The position numbers and the translations under genes were made by a program. Positions 1 to 7,599 of a DNA stretch of 31,959 bases are shown here, piece by piece; position 1 is the first letter of the stretch; each line of letters begins with the position of its first letter. The stretch is from Chloroflexia bacterium (lineage in GTDB: Bacteria > Chloroflexota > Chloroflexia > Thermomicrobiales > UBA6265), in the NCBI GenBank assembly GCA_013698285.1, contig JACCVE010000325.1, positions 1 through 31,959 of the forward strand, written 5' to 3'. The notes under the pieces are model-generated. The model saw only the letters and a program-made list of their open reading frames with translations. It searched no databases and had not been told where the DNA came from.

Positions 1-194
1 TCGGGAACGATCGAGCGAACGGTCCGAAAGGGACAACGTGGCCAGGCCGCCGCGAACCCGGTCCCCTGATCGCCGGTACCAGCCCTCAGGCACTCCGTTC
101 GCCGGATCGCCGTTCGACTTGGTCGCCCGTGGCCGAGACAGCGGCGGGCGCGGTCCCGTGTAGCCGCGACACGTGGCGGGACATATTCGACGGT

Positions 195-357
195 CAGGGC
201 TGTGTCAAAGTCGTGATTCTGCCGCGGGTGGTGAGTGTATCGCGCCGATGGGTGTCCGTTTCCTGCACTCCGAGGGATGGTCGTGATCGCATTCGGCCGA
301 GACGGTCGTGTCGGAACAGTCACGCGTATGGCACGGCCGGACTTTGACACAGCCCTG
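195..357. mobile_element. MITE (163 bp, non-autonomous IS derivative), 18-bp terminal inverted repeats, 10-bp target-site duplication
   Basis: Left end CAGGGCTGTGTCAAAGTC (195-212) is the exact reverse complement of right end GACTTTGACACAGCCCTG (340-357). The direct repeat ATTCGACGGT flanks both sides (185-194 and 358-367). The element is too short to encode a transposase. Confidence 0.9.
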
Positions 358-527
358 ATTCGACGGTACGCGACGGATGTCCAGACGCCCGATTCCGCCT
401 ACAATGGCGACATGCGTGTCTCCGAAGCGCCAGCCGCCACGGTCGACCCCACATCCCGATCCCCTACGGTGCATCGGACCCACGACATCCCCGCGGTCGT
501 TCTTCGGTGCGGAGAGGTAGGCACGGC

Positions 528-2465
528 GTGCTAGGGCAGGTCATCGACGTCCGGCTCGTCTCCGACGGCGCGCTCGAACGCATCACGCGGATCGGCGCCC
601 GGGCCTCGGGGGGGACACTGGCCGTGCTCCTGCGCGACGGGAACGGTCCCGACGTTTTCCACGGCGCGGGCCAGGCGGCCGCCGAGCGGGCCGAACACGA
701 TGGTGACGACGACTCGCGGCCAGTTGCCCGCGTGCTCTGCGAGATGATCGTGGACTCCGGCGTGCCGATCACCATCGCCGACCTGCACGCCCACCCGTTG
801 CCGGAGGTATCCCGCCTCGCCGTGGCTGACCCCACGCGGGCCGTCCTCGGCACGCCTCTCCTCGACGGGGCCGGTCGGGTGGCCGGGGCGATGTGCCTCA
901 CCTGGACCCGGCCACGGACCTGGACGGTCGACGATTCGCTAGTGCTCTCTGACGTCCGTGGCCTGGTCGAAGCGCACCTTGGGCTCGTCGCCTCGGAGGA
1001 CGCGGTCCGGGAGGCGCTAGACAACGACAGGGCCGCGTTCCGCCTGGTCGTCGATGCCAGCGGCGATGGGGTGCTGACCGGCACCGCGGACGGTACGATC
1101 ACCTTCGCGAACGATGCCTTCTTGCGGATCATCAGGCGGCGGCGCGACGAGATCGACGATGGGTCGTTACGGTGGACCGACCTGACCCCGCCCGAGTGGG
1201 ACGGGGCGGACCGCCTGGCGATCACCCGGGTCGAGGGCGGTCTCCCGAACGATCCCTACCAGAAGGAATTGCTGCTGCCGGATGGGACGCGCGTGCCGGT
1301 GATGATCACCGTGTCGAAGCTGGGGCGCGGCGATCTGATCGGCACGGTGATCGACATGACCGAGCAGATGAGGACGCGCCGGGCGCTGCGGGAGACCGAG
1401 GAGCGGATGTGGCTCGGGATGCGGGCCGGTCGGATGCGGACCTGGGACCTCGACGTCACCACGGGCCAGATCAACTGGCTGAACCCGGGCGGCCTCGTCG
1501 ATGGGCCAGAACCGGGCGACTGGGCCGCGTTCCAAGCGGCGATCCACCCGGACGATGTCTCGGCCGCCCGCGAGGTGATCGAGGGTGCGTTGGCCTCGGG
1601 ATCGTCGTTCCAGTTGGAGTTTCGCTGGGCAGATGACCACACGGGGGGCCGGTGGTCCTTTTGTTCGGGCAACGTCATGGGTGCCGAATCGGGACCGACG
1701 GCGCGGATCGTCGGGACCGACATCGACATCACGGCCCGAAAACGTCTCGAAGGGGAGCGACGAGCGTTCATCGATACCCTGGCCCATGATCTCAAGAACC
1801 CGATCGCGGGACTGCAGATGCAGGTGCAGCTCCTGCGGCGGCGCGGTGCAAGCGTGGCGGACATGGCGCGGGACGAGCTGCTGGAACGGCTGGGTGTGAT
1901 CGACGAGAGCATCCGCCGGGTATCGCGACGCATCGACGAGCTGACGGAGTTCTCTCGCTTGGAGATCGGTTTGCCGGTCACGCTGCAGATCGCGAGCGGA
2001 GACCTCGTGGCCCCCGTGCTCCGGGCGCTCGAGGAGACCCAGGCGACCACGGTGCAGCACACGATCACCCTACCGACTCCGGTCCAACCGGTGGTCGGTC
2101 TCTGGGACAGTGAACGCCTGGAGCGGGTCTTCGTGAACTTGTTCGCCAACGCGGTCAAGTACAGCCCCGGCGGTGGCAACATCCAGGTCCAGATCGCCGT
2201 GACCGGTGACGAGGTGAAGGTCCAGGTCACCGACCAGGGGATCGGGATCCCCGCCGGAGACATCGCGAGCCTCTTCGACACCGGCCGCCGCGGCACGAAC
2301 GTGGGAGCGATCCGTGGGTCGGGGATCGGACTCGCCGGGTCGGCCGCATTGATCCAGCTGCATGGCGGCACCATTGGGGTCGAGAGCGAGGTCGGCCGGG
2401 GATCGACGTTCACCGTCAGTCTGCCCATCCGCACGCCCGGAGGCGCCTCACCCCCACCGGCCTAG
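528..2465 (+). CDS. Cytoplasmic sensor histidine kinase (GAF-like, PAS, PAS, HisKA, HATPase_c)
   Basis: H-box LAHDLKNP, N-box VFVNLFANAVKYSPGG, G1 DQGIGI, G2 GSGIGLA, C-terminal VESEVGRGSTFTVSLP. PAS-like segments (ITFANDAF..., WDLDVTTGQINW...IHPDD). Start placed at GTG 528 after SD-like GGAGAGG (511-517); the ORF is open from 507. Confidence 0.9.
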   Translation: MLGQVIDVRLVSDGALERITRIGARASGGTLAVLLRDGNGPDVFHGAGQAAAERAEHDGDDDSRPVARVLCEMIVDSGVPITIADLHAHPLPEVSRLAVADPTRAVLGTPLLDGAGRVAGAMCLTWTRPRTWTVDDSLVLSDVRGLVEAHLGLVASEDAVREALDNDRAAFRLVVDASGDGVLTGTADGTITFANDAFLRIIRRRRDEIDDGSLRWTDLTPPEWDGADRLAITRVEGGLPNDPYQKELLLPDGTRVPVMITVSKLGRGDLIGTVIDMTEQMRTRRALRETEERMWLGMRAGRMRTWDLDVTTGQINWLNPGGLVDGPEPGDWAAFQAAIHPDDVSAAREVIEGALASGSSFQLEFRWADDHTGGRWSFCSGNVMGAESGPTARIVGTDIDITARKRLEGERRAFIDTLAHDLKNPIAGLQMQVQLLRRRGASVADMARDELLERLGVIDESIRRVSRRIDELTEFSRLEIGLPVTLQIASGDLVAPVLRALEETQATTVQHTITLPTPVQPVVGLWDSERLERVFVNLFANAVKYSPGGGNIQVQIAVTGDEVKVQVTDQGIGIPAGDIASLFDTGRRGTNVGAIRGSGIGLAGSAALIQLHGGTIGVESEVGRGSTFTVSLPIRTPGGASPPPA

Positions 2466-2512
2466 ACGGCCCTATCCACCGGCCGGAACGGCCGCGTCCG
2501 GCGCCAGACCGC

Positions 2513-3694
2513 TCAGGTCGGACAAGCCAAATCGCCGGTCAGCGTCGCGATCGGTGGCACGGTGTGGGGTCCGATGATGCCGTCAGACGGGGCGAGCCGG
2601 ATTACCCACCCCTCTCCCGTATCGGAGCCGAAGGCGGGGCCGCTGACGTAGAGGCTGTCGTCGGGGGCGAACCGCATCCGTGAGGGGAGCTCGAGCCCGG
2701 TCGCGATCACGGTCGTGGCGCCGTCGCCGCCCCGGCGAAGGATACGGCCTGTCCCGGGCCGGATCGCGCCCGGGTCATCCCCGTGCCCGGTGGCCATCTC
2801 CAGCGCCCAGAGCGCCCCGTCGGGACCGACGGCGAGGTCGATCAGGAGAGACAGGCCGGTCCAGGCGTCGGCGGTCGACCCGTCCGGAAGGACCCGGACG
2901 ACCCGGGCGCTGCCCTCGGCATACGGGGCGGCGGTGAAGTAGGCGACCAGGGGCGCCCCGTCACCGTCCAGGGCCAGGCCGGTCGGGATGGGGTGGCCCG
3001 CCGAGAGGTCGGCGACGCGCTCGACCGACCCATCACCCAGCGACACGCGGAGGAGCTGGTTACTGTTGCCCTCGGTGACGAGGAAGCCGTCCCCGGACTG
3101 GTCGGGTAGCATCGCGTGAGGCTGTCCGTCGGTATCGTAGTCGCCGGGGATCTCGGCGACCGGGTTGTCGCGGATGAAGGTGCTGATGTCCGAGGTGAGG
3201 GTCGCCGAGCCGTCGTCGCTCACCTCGTAGACGCCGTTCGGCGGCGCGTCGCCGTCGATGTTGCCGCCCGCCAACAGCAGGTACGTCCGCCCGTCGAGGA
3301 CCGCCACGTCGGCCACCCCGACCACCGCCCGGAAGGCGACCCGCGCAGTGGGCAACCCTCCTGCCAGGACGCGCGGGCAGCCATCTGAGACCTCGACCAG
3401 CGCCGCGTTGGGGCCGGGGTTGCCGCCGGTGGCGACGAGCAGCGTCCCGTCGGGCCGGAAGGCCATCCCACGCGGGTTGTTCAGCCCGGCCACGACGAGT
3501 GACGTCGGGGACGGGTCCGTCCCCGGGGATGCGGCGGGAGACGCGACGGGAGAAGAGGCCGGAGACGCGCCGGGCGTCCCGGTCGAAGCCAATTGGTCCG
3601 CGACGGCCGGGCGCCCGGCAGGAGTCATCAGGACACCCCCGGCGAGGGCGGTGACCAAGGTTCGGCGTGTCAATCGGTTCGCGAAGGCGGACAT
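2513..3694 (-). CDS. ScyD/ScyE-family beta-propeller protein, probably exported (RR-containing N-terminal signal)
   Basis: N-terminal RRTLVTALAGGVL signal-like stretch and SPASSPVASPAASP linker, then repeated propeller blades (GLNNPRGMAFRPDGTLLVA, HPIPTGLALDGDG, LAVGPDGALWALE, GLELPSRMRFAPDDSLYVS). Confidence 0.7.
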   Translation of the reverse strand: MSAFANRLTRRTLVTALAGGVLMTPAGRPAVADQLASTGTPGASPASSPVASPAASPGTDPSPTSLVVAGLNNPRGMAFRPDGTLLVATGGNPGPNAALVEVSDGCPRVLAGGLPTARVAFRAVVGVADVAVLDGRTYLLLAGGNIDGDAPPNGVYEVSDDGSATLTSDISTFIRDNPVAEIPGDYDTDGQPHAMLPDQSGDGFLVTEGNSNQLLRVSLGDGSVERVADLSAGHPIPTGLALDGDGAPLVAYFTAAPYAEGSARVVRVLPDGSTADAWTGLSLLIDLAVGPDGALWALEMATGHGDDPGAIRPGTGRILRRGGDGATTVIATGLELPSRMRFAPDDSLYVSGPAFGSDTGEGWVIRLAPSDGIIGPHTVPPIATLTGDLACPT

Positions 3695-3735
3695 CGTGGT
3701 CCCTCACTCTCGCTCGCGCGGGTTGGTCCGGTCGG

Positions 3736-4242
3736 TCAGTCGCGGCGAAGTGCCTCGTAGAGCGGCCCGACGCAGAGGCCATAGACGACGTGCGGCGGGA
3801 CCGATTCGGCAAATGACGGCCACGACCAATACGACTGGAGCTGGCCGTCGCGGACCGCGGGATGGTAGCGGTCCAACGCCATGACTGGATAGAGCGCGAG
3901 GTTCTCCAGGTTGAGGAAGATGGCGCCCCGGACCCAGGCCGGCCCCGGCAGCGCGTGGTGACCGAACGCCGCGTAGGCGAGGGCCAGCGATGTCCCATTC
4001 GCCAGGTGGACGACCGCGCCGACGCGGCGAGCCAGGTCGGGGCGGCGCGGCACGAACGGCCGACCGACCAGGATCAGGTCATCGACCCTGCTCCCGGTCA
4101 GCTTCCGATCCACCTCCATCACCAGGGCGTAGGCGACCGAGGAGACGAGCCCCGCGATGACCGCGGCCCGCGGATCGACCCGACCGACCCGTCCCTTGAT
4201 CTGCCCGATGACCGGCGCCAATCGCACTCGTGCCGCCTCCAT
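3736..4242 (-). CDS. Small hypothetical integral membrane protein
   Basis: 168-aa ORF with ATG start and several hydrophobic helices (AAVIAGLVSSVAYALVM, VGAVVHLANGTSLALAYAAF, HVVYGLCVGPLY). It fills the gap between lpdA and the propeller gene on the same strand. Confidence 0.7.
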   Translation of the reverse strand: MEAARVRLAPVIGQIKGRVGRVDPRAAVIAGLVSSVAYALVMEVDRKLTGSRVDDLILVGRPFVPRRPDLARRVGAVVHLANGTSLALAYAAFGHHALPGPAWVRGAIFLNLENLALYPVMALDRYHPAVRDGQLQSYWSWPSFAESVPPHVVYGLCVGPLYEALRRD

Positions 4243-4312
4243 GGCTTGGCGAGACGGGAACTACGGTTGGGCTTCGTCCCGTCCGCGTCCTGTCTCGCCG
4301 GGACCAGCGTGA

Positions 4313-5752
4313 CTAGATATGGATCGCGTGGCCGAGGAGGTCGAGGGCCGCCTCTCCCATGACCTCGGAGACGGTCGGGTGGGGGTGGACCGCCATCGCG
4401 ATCTCGGAGACGCTGGTCTGGAGGAGGCGACCCAACCCGGCCTCCGCGATCAGCTCGGTCGCGTGGGGACCGATGATGTGGACCCCGAGGAGGTCGTCCG
4501 TCTCGGCATCGGCGACCATCTTCGTGAATCCGTCGGCGTGGCCCTCGATCAGGGCCTTGGCATTTGGGCGCATCGGGAAGCGGCCCACCTTGACCTCGTA
4601 GCCGAGGTCTCGCGCTTGCCGCTCCGTCAGGCCGACGCTGCCGATCTCCGGCTCGCAATAGGTGCAGCAAGGGGAGTTGAGGATGTCGAGCGGGTAGGGG
4701 TCCAAATCGCAGATGTGCTCGACGGCGATCATGCCCATGTGCATCGCGGTGTGGGCGAGGAGTTGCTGGCCGTTCACGTCGCCGATCGCGTAGATGTTCG
4801 GCACGTTGGTGCGCAGCATCGGGTCGACCGGGATGTACCCCTTCTCGGTCGTGATCCCGACCGTTTCCAGGCCGATGTCCTCGATATTGCCCTGGCGGCC
4901 GATGGCGACCAGCAAGACCTCGGCGTCGATCACCCGCTCCTTGCCCTTGGCGTCGGTCACCCGCATCGAGACCCCGTCGGCCTTGACGTCGATGTCGTCC
5001 GCGGTCGGCCTGGCATCGACCACCAGGTCCATCTTCTGGCGCTGGAAGGACTTGGTCAGGTGGTCGCTGACCTCCTTGTCCTCGGAGGGCACGATCCGGC
5101 CGACCAAGCTGACCTTGGAGCCGTACCGGTGGTAGATCGAGGCCCATTCGACGCCGGTCGCGCCGCCGCCGCGGATGATGAAGCTCTTCGGCAAGTGGTC
5201 GAGGACCACCGCGTGGTCGGAGTTGATGACCCGGACGCCATCGTAGGGGACGCCCTCGATCGGCCGGGGCCGGGAGCCGGTGTTGATGATGATGTCGGTG
5301 GCGGTCAGCGTGAACGGCGAGCCGCCGTCATTCGGGGTCACACCGACGGAGTGCGGGTCGAGTAGCTTCCCCCGGCCCATGAAGACGGGGATCTTGTGCT
5401 TGCGGTCGAAGAGGTACATGAGACCCTTGTACTGGGTCTCGACGACCTTCAACGAGCGACCCAGGGCCGTGCCGTAGTCAAAGGTGATCTCCCCGCCGAC
5501 GTTAACGCCGAATTCGGCCGCCGACTTCACGTCGTCGAAGATACTGGCCGACTTCAGCATGGCCTTGGTGGGGATGCAGCCGCGGTGGAGACAGGTGCCC
5601 CCCAGCTTGATCTCCTCGACCACCGCGACGTTGAGCCCGAGCTGCTTGGCGCGGATGGCGGCGACGTAGCCGCCCGTGCCGCCTCCCAGCACCACGAGGT
5701 CGAACGTCCTGCCACCGGCGTCGCCGTGTCCGCCCGTCGTGTTCTCCGCCAT
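4313..5752 (-). CDS. lpdA: Dihydrolipoyl dehydrogenase (E3) family flavoprotein
   Basis: FAD-binding DLVVLGGGTGGYVAAIRA, redox-active GGTCLHRGCIPTK, IYAIGDV and C-terminal HPHPTVSE (His/Glu pair). SD-like GGGAG upstream. Confidence 0.93.
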   Translation of the reverse strand: MAENTTGGHGDAGGRTFDLVVLGGGTGGYVAAIRAKQLGLNVAVVEEIKLGGTCLHRGCIPTKAMLKSASIFDDVKSAAEFGVNVGGEITFDYGTALGRSLKVVETQYKGLMYLFDRKHKIPVFMGRGKLLDPHSVGVTPNDGGSPFTLTATDIIINTGSRPRPIEGVPYDGVRVINSDHAVVLDHLPKSFIIRGGGATGVEWASIYHRYGSKVSLVGRIVPSEDKEVSDHLTKSFQRQKMDLVVDARPTADDIDVKADGVSMRVTDAKGKERVIDAEVLLVAIGRQGNIEDIGLETVGITTEKGYIPVDPMLRTNVPNIYAIGDVNGQQLLAHTAMHMGMIAVEHICDLDPYPLDILNSPCCTYCEPEIGSVGLTERQARDLGYEVKVGRFPMRPNAKALIEGHADGFTKMVADAETDDLLGVHIIGPHATELIAEAGLGRLLQTSVSEIAMAVHPHPTVSEVMGEAALDLLGHAIHI

Positions 5753-6024
5753 GATCTCGTCAGTTCTCCCTTACGCCCCGCGCGGGGGCATTCATCAGCT
5801 TGACATATCCTGCCGACGAGCCGGGCGTCGTGGACACGCCGGGCGCCGGACCGATCACGGGGAAGTATACCGCCGCCGGACCGCATCACTCGCGCCGCGG
5901 CAACGGTTCGAGACGGACCTCGTTGATCGGGACGCGTGGTCCGGCACCTCGCGGTCCCATCCCTGCGACGGTTTCGAGGCGGGCGATTGCCCACCACCGT
6001 CGGGCGAACGAGGAGGAGAGTCAG

Positions 6025-6381
6025 GTGAAGCGATTCACGATCGACCGGGACCGGGCCGCGTCCGATGACGGGCCGATGTTCATCGGCTCGGTGGTCCGGC
6101 AAGAGCTGGTCACCCAGGACCACGCGGCGACCCAGAGAGTGACGGCGGTGACGTTCTTGGCCGGGGCCCGGAACCGCTGGCACCGCCACACCACCGAACA
6201 AGTCCTGGTGATGACGAGCGGGCACGGCATCGTGGCGACCGATGAGCAAGAATTGGAGGTCGAGACGGGCGATGTCGTCCTGATCGAGCCGGGAGAGCGC
6301 CACTGGCACGGTGCCCGCCCGGGCCACGACATGACGCACCTGTCCATCCTGTTGCCGGGCGAGATCACGATCGACGAGTAG
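6025..6381 (+). CDS. Cupin-domain protein
   Basis: Cupin motifs WHRHTTEQVLVMTSGHG and GDVVLIEPGERHWHGA. Strong SD AGGAGG before GTG 6025, so the 5800 start in the ORF track is probably an overextension. Confidence 0.88.
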   Translation: MKRFTIDRDRAASDDGPMFIGSVVRQELVTQDHAATQRVTAVTFLAGARNRWHRHTTEQVLVMTSGHGIVATDEQELEVETGDVVLIEPGERHWHGARPGHDMTHLSILLPGEITIDE

Positions 6382-6383
6382 GC

Positions 6384-6418
6384 CGTGAGGCGTGAGGCGT
6401 GAGACGGAAGGCGTAAGG
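6384..6418 (+). repeat. Heptanucleotide tandem repeat, five degenerate units
   Basis: CGTGAGG CGTGAGG CGTGAGA CGGAAGG CGTAAGG, in 7-bp phase starting just after the cupin stop codon. Confidence 0.7.
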
Positions 6419-6549
6419 TAGAAGTCGTGACGGGCCGGGGGACCGTGACAATCTGGCCGTTGTCAGGGGCGAGGGGGGCATGCCAGAATGGGGGCACCCC
6501 CGCGTTGGAATAGGACCGGCCGCCGGCGAGAACCGGCGTGGGGATGGGT

Positions 6550-7599
6550 ATGTCCGAGGGAGTTCGCTCCGACGAGAGGGGCTTGGGCGACGTACAGGCC
6601 GCTGGGATACTGGATGTCGCGTCCCCGGCATGGGAGCCGGTCCATCTGCCGTTCCGACCACGGCTCCGGACCGCCGATGAGGCCTTTGCCCACCCGTTCG
6701 AGGCAGCGTTCGCGCGCTTGCTGACCGCCCACCGCGTGCGGTGGTCCTATGAGCCGACCTCCTTCCCGATCCGCTGGGACGACGCCCACCGGCCCGTGGC
6801 ATTCGTGACCCCGGATTTCTATCTACCCGACCATCGTCTCTACGTCGAATTGACCACCGTGCGGCAGCGGCTCGTGACCAGGAAGCACCGCAAGATCCGC
6901 CTCCTGCGGGATCTCTACCCGAATATCAAGATCAAGATCCTGTACCGGCGCGATTATCAGCGACTGATCCTCACCGGCGAGGCGACGCGCACCGGGAACG
7001 ACGGTGAACCGGGCCGGTTGGTCCTTGATCGGGAGGCGATCGTCGCTCGCCTGGGGGAGTTGGCGCTCCAGATCGCGCGGGACCTCGGTGGCCCAGGCGC
7101 CGACTCGCCCCTCCTGCTGGCTTGCGGGCCCGGTGGTCGGCGGGTGCTGGCCGATCTCACGCCGCCGCTCCGCGCGGCCGGGCTCGTCTTCGACACTGAC
7201 GCGATCAGGGTCAGGCACGTCGAGGGCACCGGGGCTGGTCCGGGCGGGGTCGTCACCATCCGACGCGGCCCCCTCCACGACCCGGCCGGGCGCCGCGTCC
7301 TAATCATCCACGGGATCGTCAGTTCGGGACTCACCGCCGCCCATGCCGTCCGCTGGCTATGGCGGCAGGGGGCGCGTGACGTCAGCACGCTCGCCTGTCT
7401 TGACCGCCGCTGTGCCCGGCTCGTCGATGTCGAGCTTCACTACGCCGGCTTCGATGTCCCGGCGGATCTCCTCGTGGGGTACGGGCTCGACGCGCGCCGG
7501 ACCTTCCGCGACGCCCCCTTCGTCGCGACATTCCGGCCGTTCGACCGGCCCGGCGCCGAACTCACGCCGGAGCTCGACCCGTCGTCTCGACCCGATTAG
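6550..7599 (+). CDS. Fusion of an N-terminal PD-(D/E)xK (T7 endonuclease I-like) domain and a C-terminal degenerate hypoxanthine phosphoribosyltransferase-like domain
   Basis: N-terminal WSYEP...VTPDFYLPDHRLYVELTT pattern. The C-terminal part aligns by eye to Hpt along its length (AIVARLGELALQIARDL, RRVLII..IVSSGLT, YAGFDVP..LLVGYGLD). The start could also be 6538 or 6544. Confidence 0.8.
   Translation: MSEGVRSDERGLGDVQAAGILDVASPAWEPVHLPFRPRLRTADEAFAHPFEAAFARLLTAHRVRWSYEPTSFPIRWDDAHRPVAFVTPDFYLPDHRLYVELTTVRQRLVTRKHRKIRLLRDLYPNIKIKILYRRDYQRLILTGEATRTGNDGEPGRLVLDREAIVARLGELALQIARDLGGPGADSPLLLACGPGGRRVLADLTPPLRAAGLVFDTDAIRVRHVEGTGAGPGGVVTIRRGPLHDPAGRRVLIIHGIVSSGLTAAHAVRWLWRQGARDVSTLACLDRRCARLVDVELHYAGFDVPADLLVGYGLDARRTFRDAPFVATFRPFDRPGAELTPELDPSSRPD

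Noticed and set aside
1-93. Possible N-terminus of a minus-strand gene running off the left edge (GTG at 93)
   Set aside because: Only 31 codons are visible, with no motif or convincing SD.
129-534. Short ORFs 129-347, 205-483 and 235-534
   Set aside because: They run across the MITE boundaries, lack recognisable motifs and have no clear SD.
4248-4300. Alternative pairings (GGCGAGACGGGA with TCCCGTC or TCCTGTCTCGCC) between lpdA and the membrane-protein gene
   Set aside because: Could be a simple stem-loop; no known RNA motif or terminator tail supports a switch.
5800-5805. Perfect TTGACA hexamer upstream of the cupin gene
   Set aside because: No -10 element at 16-18 bp, so it is not called as a promoter.
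5903-5982. Imperfect direct repeat ACGGTT(T)CGAG(A/G)CGG in the lpdA-cupin intergenic region
   Set aside because: Only two short GC-rich copies, compatible with chance; no riboswitch consensus recognised.
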